From Saprospiraceae bacterium (GTDB taxonomy: Bacteria > Bacteroidota > Bacteroidia > Chitinophagales > Saprospiraceae), in the NCBI GenBank assembly GCA_965220465.1, contig CBDCPZ010000025.1:918936-982935 (forward strand): a stretch of 64,000 nucleotides of DNA, written 5' to 3'. The notes beneath the pieces were generated by a model, which worked only from the letters and a program-made list of their open reading frames with translations, had not been told where the DNA came from and searched no databases. This document shows, piece by piece, positions 39,495 to 49,532 of this stretch. The translations under genes and the position numbers were made by a program. Every line of letters starts with the position of its first letter. Positions within the stretch are counted from its first letter, which is position 1.

Positions 39495-41315
39495 TTTCTT
39501 TTGTATCAAGCTCACCTTTCGCGTAAACATAATCAAGTTCTTTGAAAGTGCTTAATTTTAGTTTATGCTAGTAGAACACCTTGATGATTTACCTGTGTTG
39601 GGAAATCAAATACGTCGAATTGAATTATCTTCTATTTTGAATACCCACTTTGTTGACCACGGTCATTGGAAAGGGATTAGTGGAGGGAAACTTACATGTG
39701 GATGGTTGCTTTATATCCTTAGCCAAGGAGATCACCGGCTGAGTCATGTTGAGGATTGGGCGGAACTCCGCTTACGGAGCCTTGCAGCGATATTAGAGGA
39801 ACCGAAATTGCGAAGCTTGGATTTTTGTGATGATAGATTAGCTCGTCTTCTTGATCGATTCAGTGAAGATGATAAATGGACCGACTTTGAGAAGGCAATA
39901 GGAAAGAAACTATTGCAAGTATATCAATTAGATCGCGTTGAAGGAGAATCAAAAGCTGAAATAAAGGTAGTTCGTACCGATTCATTCAATGCTCCCCAAT
40001 ATCGAGATGAAGGTGAATTGTATCGACATGGTTATAGCAAACAACGTAGATCGGATCAACCCTTTTGTAAGGTTATGATATCTGCTTTAGACCCAATGGC
40101 AGTTCCCCTTGCAGTTGATATACTAAAAGGTAGTGGCCCAGATGTAGATCATTATCTATCTGTAATAAAACGGGTACAATCAATGCTTGAAAAAAGTGGC
40201 AATTTATATGTTGGAGATTCTCAACTGTGTAGTATGCCTAATCGTTTAGCGATACATTCGGCAGGAGATTACTATTTGTGCCCATTAAGTAAAAAACAAG
40301 TTTCAAAGGAAAAATTGCACAGTTACCTGGATCGAATAAAGGGAGCTATAAATAAATTACCAAGTATCTTTACTCAAACAGCATCAAAAAGGAAACCAGC
40401 CTATTTTTACGAACTGACCGAAACGATTAAAGCTCAAGAAAAAGGAATAATGTGGCAAGAACGTCGGATTCTAGTGTATTCTCCTCACTACGCACAGGGA
40501 TTGATCAAATCCTTTAATAATCGATTATCAGAATCTGAACAGAAAATACAAAACTTGGTGATTTCAAAACCTGGTCGTCGTAATCCTAAGACAATAAAAG
40601 ATTTATATGCTCGAGTTGCTGCAATTATTAAGCAATATAAAGTTGAAGATTGTTTCAAAGTAAAATGTAGTCAAACTCTGGAAAAGAGGCGAGTACAAAA
40701 ACATAAAAATCGTCCGGAAGAAATCCGACAAAAGATTACTTTATATCTAAAAATAAAAAGAAATGAAGATGTGATTGAACTGAAACAAAAAAGACTAGGC
40801 TGGCAATTATATGGAACAAATGTTCCACAAAACAAGTTTGAAACATCGGATTTGATAAAATCTTATCGGGACGAATATAGAATTGAACACTTGTTTGACT
40901 ATCTCATTAACCGGGATGTAGGGTTACTTCCTATATACTTAAAAAAAGAAGAAAGAATAAAAGGACTAATCCGTTTACTAAGTTTAGCCATGAGATTTTC
41001 AATGTTAATACAATATGATGTAAGAATAAAGTTATCAAAGAATGGAGGCCAACTTAAAGGAATTTATCCAGGAAATAAAAATCGGAAAACAGATAGGCCT
41101 ACAACCCCCATGATACTTCGTGCCTTCAAAGGTATCTCCGTAGTTTGGTTACAAACTGGTGAGGTAAATATTATTCAGTTGACACATTTGAAAGAAAACC
41201 AAAAAACGATTTTAAAATTGTTAGGAACACCTGATGTATACCAACGCACTTTAGAAGTTTTAAAAACTCATCCTAATTTACGCGAAACATGAGATCAAGA
41301 CAAAAGAATAACAAT
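39495..41315 (+). mobile_element. IS1634-family-like insertion sequence (ends approximate)
   Basis: The element is inferred from the transposase ORF. A candidate imperfect IR is gtttcttttgt (~39500-39511) matching acaaaagaataac (~41303-41315). Confidence 0.4.
39565..41292 (+). CDS. IS1634-family (IS4 superfamily) DDE transposase
   Basis: A 575-aa ORF. The N-terminal DUF4277-like region (VEHLDDLPVL...ISGGKLTCGWLLYILSQGDHRLSHVEDWAE) and its overall size and architecture match IS1634 transposases. Confidence 0.65.
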   Translation: MLVEHLDDLPVLGNQIRRIELSSILNTHFVDHGHWKGISGGKLTCGWLLYILSQGDHRLSHVEDWAELRLRSLAAILEEPKLRSLDFCDDRLARLLDRFSEDDKWTDFEKAIGKKLLQVYQLDRVEGESKAEIKVVRTDSFNAPQYRDEGELYRHGYSKQRRSDQPFCKVMISALDPMAVPLAVDILKGSGPDVDHYLSVIKRVQSMLEKSGNLYVGDSQLCSMPNRLAIHSAGDYYLCPLSKKQVSKEKLHSYLDRIKGAINKLPSIFTQTASKRKPAYFYELTETIKAQEKGIMWQERRILVYSPHYAQGLIKSFNNRLSESEQKIQNLVISKPGRRNPKTIKDLYARVAAIIKQYKVEDCFKVKCSQTLEKRRVQKHKNRPEEIRQKITLYLKIKRNEDVIELKQKRLGWQLYGTNVPQNKFETSDLIKSYRDEYRIEHLFDYLINRDVGLLPIYLKKEERIKGLIRLLSLAMRFSMLIQYDVRIKLSKNGGQLKGIYPGNKNRKTDRPTTPMILRAFKGISVVWLQTGEVNIIQLTHLKENQKTILKLLGTPDVYQRTLEVLKTHPNLRET

Positions 41316-41417
41316 GAACTGATAATCAAAATATTACACCCAGCTTTTAAAAAAAAGATAAAAGCAATCCGAAGTTTCAAGATGATTAAAATTCAGGATA
41401 ACTCAGGTTAAGGATAA

Positions 41418-41909
41418 TTAGTTTTGCTCCTTTTCATACTTTTCAATAAAGTTGGAAACAACTCTGTTGATTATATCTTTGAGATAGGCCTTTTCTTCTT
41501 TGGCTATATCTTTCAATTTAGCCAGTTTTTCCTTTTCAACGACAAAGGTTACGCGTTTTTTAGTCGGAACATCTACCTCAACAGTTTCCATGTCTTCAGT
41601 ATGTCGAATGAGCGCGTCAAGTCCTGATAATCGACGCAATCTTCTTTGCCTTCTTTGTGGTGGTGCTTGTGCTTGTTTATTGCTTTTTGCCTTTTCCTCA
41701 CTCTCTTCGATGGTATCTGACAATGCTTGTTCAAACAAGGTATCCAGGTCAGAGGTGAAGCTTTTGGAAGTACGTTTTTTAACAGTTGAGGCAACTTTTT
41801 TAACTTCCTTTTTAGTTTTATCGAGCAAAGGGCTTTCTTCCTGGAAGGCTTCTTCTGTAGCCATTCCAAACAAACTTTCTAATCCTACTGTAAATTTTTT
41901 CTTACTCAC
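41418..41909 (-). CDS. Small ribbon-helix-helix ParB-like partition protein (ParG/omega-type) with ParB-like N-terminal LG-R peptides
   Basis: A 163-aa ORF. The N-terminus (KKKFTVGLESLFG) and RRLSGLDALI resemble the ParA-activating N-peptide of ParB. The C-terminus (KRVTFVVEKEKLAKLKDIAKEEKAYLKDIINRVVSNFIEKY) fits an RHH fold. It is directly downstream of parA. Confidence 0.5.
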   Translation of the reverse strand: MSKKKFTVGLESLFGMATEEAFQEESPLLDKTKKEVKKVASTVKKRTSKSFTSDLDTLFEQALSDTIEESEEKAKSNKQAQAPPQRRQRRLRRLSGLDALIRHTEDMETVEVDVPTKKRVTFVVEKEKLAKLKDIAKEEKAYLKDIINRVVSNFIEKYEKEQN

Positions 41910-41958
41910 GCCCTGCTTAGGTTTTTTATTAAAATCGATATTTTAGTATCAAAAGCAT

Positions 41959-42720
41959 TTATACTACAACAGCTTCTGTACGTTCAATAACTTCACGGCA
42001 AAGGGCAAGATAATCTTCAGCTCCATTGCTATTTCTGCTGTATTCAAAGATATCTTTTCGTTGAGCAGGGGCTTCAGCCAAAGCCACATTATCCCGAATG
42101 AGGGTATTGAAAACTTTTTCTCCAAAATACTTTTTGATCGTTTCTACAACGTCCCGATTCAGCACCTTTCGAGCATCATACATGGTTGCGATTACTCCAC
42201 CAATTTCCAGCTTTTTATTCAACCTAAAACGTACCTTATCAATGATCTGCTTGATTTTTGCCAAGCCTTGCAAAGCCAAAAATTCAGTTTGTAAAGGAAT
42301 GTAAACAAAATCACTGCTCGTCAAGGCATTTAAAGTCAACAGACCTAATGATGGTGGACAATCAATAATAATATAATCATACTCCTCAATCACCGTTTCG
42401 AATAATTCCCGCAAGATGTATTCTCTTCCGGCCTCATTGATTAATTCCATTTCAGCGCTTGACAAATCGAGCGAAGAGGTGATCACATCAAATCCTTCCC
42501 GATAGGGAAACGGAACCAACTCAGATTCGCCTCTGAGTGCTTCATAAATCGTAGCATTTTGTCTTGGAATTCCTAAAGAAAGTGTGAGATTTGCCTGTGG
42601 ATCGAGATCAATCAATAAAACTTTACGACCGAGTTCAACAAGTCCGGCACCAATATTAATTGCACTTGTAGTTTTACCTACTCCACCTTTGTGGTTTAAC
42701 AAAGAGATTATTTTTCCCAT
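41959..42720 (-). CDS. parA: ParA/Soj-family partition ATPase
   Basis: A 253-aa ORF with a deviant Walker A (KGGVGKTT) and the motifs DLDPQ and YIPLQTEFLALQGL. Confidence 0.85.
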   Translation of the reverse strand: MGKIISLLNHKGGVGKTTSAINIGAGLVELGRKVLLIDLDPQANLTLSLGIPRQNATIYEALRGESELVPFPYREGFDVITSSLDLSSAEMELINEAGREYILRELFETVIEEYDYIIIDCPPSLGLLTLNALTSSDFVYIPLQTEFLALQGLAKIKQIIDKVRFRLNKKLEIGGVIATMYDARKVLNRDVVETIKKYFGEKVFNTLIRDNVALAEAPAQRKDIFEYSRNSNGAEDYLALCREVIERTEAVVV

Positions 42721-42824
42721 TTCGTATGTTTACTTATTCTTTGGTTGTGAAAGTAATAATTATTAGCCAATATTACGACAATCGTTTGCAAAATAAATGT
42801 TTTTAATATAAATTAAAATGATGC

Positions 42825-42862
42825 GTTGAATTATTTTTAATTATCATGTGTTTTAATTCAAC
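42825..42862. promoter_or_regulatory. 9-bp inverted repeat GTTGAATTA-N20-TAATTCAAC in the parA upstream region (candidate operator/centromere)
   Basis: The repeat is seen directly in the sequence. It lies in the 272-bp AT-rich intergenic region between parA (-) and the GNAT gene (+). Direct CCAATATT repeats occur at 42767 and 42918. Confidence 0.35.
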
Positions 42863-42992
42863 AATTGAGCCAAAATTATAATATGTAGGTAAGGTAGTTT
42901 GACGAGATTTTTAATAACCAATATTTTAACATATCGCAAAAACAAGACAATCAACTTTAGCTTTTTTATTCTTTTTTTCCAAAATATAAAAT

Positions 42993-43562
42993 ATGCCCAA
43001 TCGTAAAAAAGTGTTGAAAGTGGATGAATCAATTTCCCTTCATCTTCCTGAATCAAACATGGCTCAAGAGTTATTTAACCTCATCGATCAACAACGGGTT
43101 TATCTCAGCAAATGGCTAATCTGGGTGGAACGGACGAATTCGATAATTGATTCTCAATCTTTTTTAAAAGAAGCTGGTATTTTCAACCGCGGTGGGCAAC
43201 GGCTGACTACTTTTATAAAATACAATAAAAAAATGGTGGGCTCTGTCGCTTTTGTAAAATTGGACAAAGTGAATAAAAACGGTGAATTAGGTTACTGGAT
43301 CAGTGAAAATATGCAAGGAAATGGAATCATCACAAAATCATGCGAAAAATTGATCGAATATGGTTTTAAACATTTGGATCTCAACAGAATAGTTATAAAA
43401 ATGGATGCTCAAAACAACAAAAGCAAAGCAATTCCAACCCGTATGGAATTTACATATGAAGGCACATTAAGACAAGATAGATTCAAAAATGATCTTTTTC
43501 GGGATACTGATTTATATAGTTTATTGAAGAAAGAATGGGTTGCAAACAAAAAAGCGATTTAA
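42993..43562 (+). CDS. GNAT-family N-acetyltransferase (RimJ/RimL-like)
   Basis: A 189-aa ORF with the acetyl-CoA-binding motif region (ELGYWISENMQGNGIITKS). Confidence 0.75.
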   Translation: MPNRKKVLKVDESISLHLPESNMAQELFNLIDQQRVYLSKWLIWVERTNSIIDSQSFLKEAGIFNRGGQRLTTFIKYNKKMVGSVAFVKLDKVNKNGELGYWISENMQGNGIITKSCEKLIEYGFKHLDLNRIVIKMDAQNNKSKAIPTRMEFTYEGTLRQDRFKNDLFRDTDLYSLLKKEWVANKKAI

Positions 43563-43565
43563 ATA

Positions 43566-43708
43566 TTGTTCAAAAAATAGCATCCTCTTTTCAATTTTAA
43601 ATTCACACTCATCTTCACTACTCTACAGTCGATCAGCTTTCAACTAAATTCAAAATGTCAGATTTATTTATTAAACGGGTTTAAAGCAATAATTCATCTA
43701 AAAAATAG
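43566..43708 (+). repeat. Intergenic repeat, copy B
   Basis: About 84% identity over a ~110-bp core to 37943-38052. It begins 4 nt after the GNAT stop and lies 335 nt upstream of ftsK. Confidence 0.55.
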
Positions 43709-44043
43709 TCAAGAAAACGCTTTCCCTATTAAGTTTGCAAAAAGAAAATTCTTTATCAAAAATTTTAATGTAACCCAAAGAAACAGAGGTGTTTTTTTAA
43801 TTTGAATTCTTAATTTTTTTCTTTATATTTTCTCAAAGCCAAGAGAAAAAACCTTAATCAAAGCAACTTTAGTTTTACTACTGGTTGCTTCGCAAATTAA
43901 AATAGTTAATTTTACAATCAGATTATTTAACTGCCGTGATTCTGGTTTTTTTGTTGGCAAAACTCAGTGTCGCTGGCATTTTGATCAATTACACTAATGA
44001 AATACTATTCTGCAGCTCGCAGAAATATAAGAACTGAAGAAGC

Positions 44044-46536
44044 ATGGCCACAAAAAATACAACCAAAGGAAAGAAACAACTTTCTTTTAAAATAGGCATC
44101 AATGACGAGCGTATCCCAAAACTTGTAGGAGTTTTTTGTTTGTTTCTTGCATTATATTTATTTATTGCTTTTTCCTCTTATTTGTTCTCCTGGCAAATTG
44201 ACCAGGACCGGGTGTTGCAGCATTCCTTAGGACTTCTTTTACAGGGAGATGTCGAAATGGCAAATTGGTTGGGTAGGCTCGGAGCTATCGTTTCCAATAT
44301 GTTTTTTTACTGGGGATTTGGCTTACCTTCTTTCATTTTCGTTTTTGTTTTAACGGTCGTTGGTTTGGGTAGTATTCGACGTGTTCCTTTCCAAAAACAT
44401 ACTAGTATCTTGTGGTCTTCCTTTTGGCTGCTTTTGTTCTCTTCTATATTGTTAGAATTCCTTTTTCAAAATGCTGAATTTCCATGGGGAGGTGCTTTTG
44501 GTGAAGAAGTATCTACCTGGCTGACCAATTTTTTGGGGACAATCGGTCTCGCGATATTGTTTGTTTTCATCGGTATTGGCTTAGTCACCTGGTTTACGAA
44601 TCCTAATTTCAATGAACTTACTTTCAATGGAGTGGTAAAAGAGGTCAAATATTTTTTTGAGGATTTGATAAGCGGGCGACGACGTTTTCAAAAAAAAGAA
44701 CAACCTCAAACTTCATCCTTGACTACTTTGAAGCCTCGAAATCAATCCTTTGAAGGCGGTAAGGAAGAACCCGATGGAAATGCTGCAAGCGATTCTGAAA
44801 CAGCTAAAAGCAGCAATGATGAATTAACTGAATTGGACGAAAAAGGTCAATTGCGATTTAAACTTGGTGATAAAAAAAGAGAAAAACCTCAATCACTCAA
44901 AAAGGGGGAAGGCGAATTAGAAATTGAAGATCCAGTTGAAACGGAAATTTCGGTTGAAACGGATCCTCTTGCCGGTAAGCCTGACATGACCATTGTTGCT
45001 GAAAACTCGGATCATGGCGAACCTTATGACCCCACATTAGAATTGTCTTCGTATGAAAATCCTGTCGTCTCTTTACTCAATGAATATTCTGAAGGAAAGG
45101 TAGAAATTGATCGCGCTGAACTTGAACAAAACAAAGATCAGATCATCGAAACATTGCTCAATTACAAAATTGAGATCACAAAAATAAAAGCGACAATTGG
45201 CCCTACAGTGACGCTTTATGAGATTGTTCCAGCACCTGGTGTTCGAATTTCAAGGATCAAAAATCTGGAGGATGACATTGCGTTGAGCCTTGCAGCTCTT
45301 GGAATTCGGATTATCGCTCCGATTCCTGGAAAAGGAACCATCGGTATTGAGGTGCCAAACAAAAACAAACAAACAGTTTCCTTAAAAGAAGTCCTCGTCC
45401 ACGAAAAGTTCAAAAGGGCTAAAATGGACCTTCCGATTGGTTTTGGAAAAACGATTTCAAATGAGGTTTTTGTTGCTGATTTAGCAAAAATGCCTCACTT
45501 GCTTATCGCCGGAGCCACCGGTCAAGGGAAGTCTGTCGGGATTAATGTAGTATTGATGTCGCTTTTATATAAGAAACATCCATCTCAAATCAAATTCGTT
45601 TTAATTGATCCGAAAAAAGTGGAGCTTTTCCCTTACAGCAAAATTGAAAACCACTTTCTGGCTTACCTTCCGGGACTGGATGAACCAATCGTTACCGACA
45701 CGACGAAGGTGGTTCACACGCTCAATTCGTTGACTATTGAGATGGAAACGCGTTATGATTTGCTCAAAAAAGCGCAAGCGAGAAATATCCGTGAGTACAA
45801 CGAAAAATTTATTGCCAGAAAACTAAACCCGAATAATGGACATCGGTTTTTACCTTTTATCATTTTGGTCATTGACGAATTTGCGGATTTGATCATGACA
45901 GCTGGTAAAGAAATTGAATTGCCGATCGGAAGGCTAGCTCAGCTTTCTCGTGCTGTTGGAATTCATCTGATCATTGCTACACAGCGTCCATCTGTCAATA
46001 TTATCACGGGAGTGATTAAAGCTAATTTCCCTGCACGTATTGCGTTTAAAGTAACTGCAAAAGTAGATTCGCGAACCATCCTCGATACTGGTGGAGCTGA
46101 TCGACTGATTGGTCGCGGAGATATGTTACTTTCCTTTGGCAGCGATATTATCCGTTTACAATGCGCGTTTGTAGACACACCTGAAGTTGAAAGAGTTATT
46201 GATTTTATATCACAACAGAAAGGTTACCCTATGCCCTATTTCCTTCCTGAATTCCATGGTGATGAAGAAACACATTCCGGCGGTTCCGTTAATTTTAGTG
46301 ATCTGGATGAAAATCTGGATGATGCTGCTCGTTTGGTCGTTTCCAACCAACATGGTTCCACTTCAATGATCCAGCGCCGATTGAAGTTAGGTTATAACAG
46401 AGCTGGTCGAATAATGGATCAGCTGGAATCACTTGGAATTGTCGGACCAAGTGAAGGAAGCAAAGCACGTGAAGTTTTATTTTATGATGAAATAGAATTG
46501 GAACGGTTTTTGGAGGACCTAAAAAATAGGAAATAG
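44044..46536 (+). CDS. ftsK: DNA translocase FtsK/SpoIIIE
   Basis: An 830-aa ORF with N-terminal TM helices, a linker, a motor domain (Walker A GATGQGKS; LIIATQRPS) and a C-terminal gamma winged-helix domain. Confidence 0.9.
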   Translation: MATKNTTKGKKQLSFKIGINDERIPKLVGVFCLFLALYLFIAFSSYLFSWQIDQDRVLQHSLGLLLQGDVEMANWLGRLGAIVSNMFFYWGFGLPSFIFVFVLTVVGLGSIRRVPFQKHTSILWSSFWLLLFSSILLEFLFQNAEFPWGGAFGEEVSTWLTNFLGTIGLAILFVFIGIGLVTWFTNPNFNELTFNGVVKEVKYFFEDLISGRRRFQKKEQPQTSSLTTLKPRNQSFEGGKEEPDGNAASDSETAKSSNDELTELDEKGQLRFKLGDKKREKPQSLKKGEGELEIEDPVETEISVETDPLAGKPDMTIVAENSDHGEPYDPTLELSSYENPVVSLLNEYSEGKVEIDRAELEQNKDQIIETLLNYKIEITKIKATIGPTVTLYEIVPAPGVRISRIKNLEDDIALSLAALGIRIIAPIPGKGTIGIEVPNKNKQTVSLKEVLVHEKFKRAKMDLPIGFGKTISNEVFVADLAKMPHLLIAGATGQGKSVGINVVLMSLLYKKHPSQIKFVLIDPKKVELFPYSKIENHFLAYLPGLDEPIVTDTTKVVHTLNSLTIEMETRYDLLKKAQARNIREYNEKFIARKLNPNNGHRFLPFIILVIDEFADLIMTAGKEIELPIGRLAQLSRAVGIHLIIATQRPSVNIITGVIKANFPARIAFKVTAKVDSRTILDTGGADRLIGRGDMLLSFGSDIIRLQCAFVDTPEVERVIDFISQQKGYPMPYFLPEFHGDEETHSGGSVNFSDLDENLDDAARLVVSNQHGSTSMIQRRLKLGYNRAGRIMDQLESLGIVGPSEGSKAREVLFYDEIELERFLEDLKNRK

Positions 46537-46639
46537 GAGGCAACCTTGTGATTTATTTCACAGGGAAACTTAAAACCTAGCGGATCAATTTCGTTAGGTT
46601 TTTTTTCTTTTAAGGCCTCATTTTTTCTAGGACTAACTT

Positions 46640-48277
46640 TCATTTTACAAAATACATATTTACCTCTCCGATATTCTTAGCCATAATTTTTCCCCTTGCT
46701 TCACAAGTGTATTCATCTTTCACTAATTGATAAGTAGCTTCTGAAATATTGATTTTACCTGATTCTCCATTACTCTCCATACGACTGGCTATATTGACTG
46801 TATTCCCCCAAATATCATAAGCAAATTTTTTATCGCCCACTACACCTGCCACAACAGGTCCGCTATGAATGCCAATCCGCATCTGCCAGTAAGCCTGTCC
46901 GCCAGCTTTTTTTTCTGCAATTCGCTTATTAATAAATGCATTGAACTCTAAACCAACTCTGATAGCGCAATAAGAGTGTTGCTCATCTGGTATGGGTAAA
47001 CCTGAAACACACATGTAAGAATCACCAATCGTTTTTATTTTTTCCATTCCTTGTTTTTCGATGATGGCATCAAAGTTTCGAAAGCAATAATTGAGTTCTT
47101 CAATTAGTTGTTCAGGACTCATCGAAGATGCTACTTTTGTAAAGCCGCTAAAATCAGTAAATAAAACAGTGGCGTTGTCGTAGCGTTTTGGACTAGCGTA
47201 GCCTTTTTCCTTAAGTTCCTGTGCCGTTTCTTCAGGCAGAATGTTGAGCAAAAGTTGATCTGATTTTATACGTTCTGCAGTAATTTCTTCTTTCTGATGC
47301 TCGATAGCTTCGTTTTTTTGACTGAGTTGCTGGTTGAGTTTTCTTGAGTACAACAAACCTACTGCTACGGCTAAAATGATGAAGATCATCAGGGCTCCCA
47401 AACCGTAAAAAAATTTTACCCTTTCTTTTTGTTTGTCTAATTCCAACACATTAATTTCTTTGTCTCGGAGCAGGATGTCATTTTGTTGTTTTTCTGCAGT
47501 TAATTGGGCTTCTTTATTTTGTATATCGAGTTGTTGAAGTGCTTCCTTTTGGTGGAGCATCGTCACTTCTTGTTCCTGTTGAGATGCGATCAGCCGTTGT
47601 TGGGTGAGTTCTAGTTCTTGCTTCGCTCTTTGAGTTTCTAATTCCTGTGTTTGAAGTTTACTGGCTCTGATTTCGTTTTCTTTTTGAAGTAGTTCCTTTT
47701 CTTTTTGTTCGGCAATCAATTGAGCTTCTTTATTTTGCAATGCTAATTGTTGATTCTCTGCTTCCACCTTTAATTGGGAAATGGTGAGCTCTTGTATGTC
47801 TTCATTTATCATGAAAAGTTTGATCTGTTTTTCAGTGCGTTCCAGGTCAATTTGTTGTTGCAGCAATTGTTGCTGACGAATTTTTTCTTCAAACGCAAAA
47901 GAATCCCGCAATTGTAAATGTTTTTGAAAATAATCAAGAGCAGTGTCATATTCATAAAGCCCCGAATAAATAAGGGCCGTGGTGTAATAAACATCGGTGA
48001 GCAAGGCATCATTTTGATTGACTTTTGCGATGGCTTCTGATTGATTAGAATATTCAAGGGCATTATGCAGATCCAGCTTTTTAAGGTAAACTGTTGCTAA
48101 CAATTGATTGATTTCATCAACTCCTACGTGGTCATATTTGTTTTTAATATTTTTTGACTCTAACAAATAATCAATACTTGTTGCAAAATCTCCAAGGTTG
48201 TAATAAGCAATTCCAATATTAGTGGTCAGTATCACTTTGTCAGAATGATCTTTTTCCTCAAGCAGTTTGAGAGCCAT
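46640..48277 (-). pseudogene. C-terminal portion of an IS630-disrupted gene for a TPR/coiled-coil membrane class-III adenylate/guanylate cyclase
   Basis: The cyclase motifs are FTDFSGFT, GDSYMCVSG and RIGIHSGPVVAGVVG. The reading frame continues upstream without a start codon for 49 codons until it reaches the IS630 end at ~48425. Confidence 0.7.
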
Positions 48278-48425
48278 TTCGAAATACCCAATTGATTCTT
48301 TATATTGTTTTAGGTAATTATAGTTGAAACCAAGGTTATTATAAACTAGCAGCCGCTCTTGATTGGAGCGATTGTTACCTTCCAGTAGTTGCTTGATTTG
48401 GAGATTACATTCCAGTGCATGACTA

Positions 48426-49532
48426 TACCTTTAATTAATTGTTATGGGAATGTACAGACGTACCACCCACTGTCCTGAAATTCAGAGAGAGTAGCGATTT
48501 TAAATCTGACTTATAGTCCTTGATATTTTCTAAAAAATCAATTATTTCATTTTTGAAATCATCATATTTTTCAAAATAAATCGAATTAATTATTTTCTGT
48601 TTTAAGTAGCCCCATAAGCGTTCAATTAAATTAAGGTTGGGGGAATAAGGGGGTAAGAAAATAAATTTTATCCTTTTATTTTCGGCCCATTCCTTTAGCA
48701 CTCTATTTCGATTATATTTTGCATTATCGCAAATGAAATAGATGGTCCCTTTTCTATGCTTTTTTAGTAAGGATTGACAAAGCCTTTGGGTAGATTGAGC
48801 ATTTACACTTTTGGTAATATCATAAACCAATTTTGTTGAGTCTGTTGCATTAATTGCTGCATTGATATTCACTCTCTTCCTGCCACTGTTTGCTTGTATC
48901 TCGAAACTTTTTCCTCGCTTTATCCATCCTCTGCTTTTTATGGTGTTGTGAGTCGGATGACAGCCGTCAGAGTAATAAACCACGGCTTGTCCAGCTTTTT
49001 GTTCTTCTAATATGGCTGGTAATACTTCTTCTAAAAATTCAACCTGCGCCTGTTCATCCGCTTTACCCGGAACTACTTTTGTTTCTTTATATTCATAACC
49101 CAGGCGATGAAGCAAGGGAATCAATCCTGTTGGAGTATATTTAACATCAAATTCTTCCTCTATAAATTGACATATAAATTTTGAATCTGAGTAGCAATTC
49201 TCTTCTAAATGTTCGTCCAGTAGTGTTAATTGTTCTTCTGATAATTTTCCTGAATATGGAATGTAACCATCCTCAATATATTTTTTAAGACCTACTTTTT
49301 TATAGGCCTTTTCATATCTGTAAATCGTATTATCATCTATGCCCAATGCCAATTCTACCATTTTTACTTCATAGCCCTGATCTAACATTATTATTACTGT
49401 TACTTTTATGTAACGACGACGATGCAAGCCTGGTTTCTGCTGAATTTTTCGCAGTGCTTTTAATTCTTCGGATGTTAACTCTATTTTCACAACGCTATTA
49501 TACGAATTTTCCCAATCTTCTTAATTTTGGGT
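48426..49532 (-). mobile_element. IS630-family (Tc1/mariner-like) insertion sequence with TA target-site duplication
   Basis: Imperfect TIRs tacctttaattaatt (left) and aattttgggta (right) are each flanked by TA (48424-25 and 49533-34). The enclosed transposase is on the minus strand. Confidence 0.7.
48435..49490 (-). CDS. IS630-family DDE transposase (GTG start)
   Basis: A 351-aa ORF with an N-terminal HTH and DDE_3 domain (YYSDGCHPTH...FICDNAKYNRN...FLPPYSPNLNLIERLW). Confidence 0.8.
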   Translation of the reverse strand: MKIELTSEELKALRKIQQKPGLHRRRYIKVTVIIMLDQGYEVKMVELALGIDDNTIYRYEKAYKKVGLKKYIEDGYIPYSGKLSEEQLTLLDEHLEENCYSDSKFICQFIEEEFDVKYTPTGLIPLLHRLGYEYKETKVVPGKADEQAQVEFLEEVLPAILEEQKAGQAVVYYSDGCHPTHNTIKSRGWIKRGKSFEIQANSGRKRVNINAAINATDSTKLVYDITKSVNAQSTQRLCQSLLKKHRKGTIYFICDNAKYNRNRVLKEWAENKRIKFIFLPPYSPNLNLIERLWGYLKQKIINSIYFEKYDDFKNEIIDFLENIKDYKSDLKSLLSLNFRTVGGTSVHSHNN

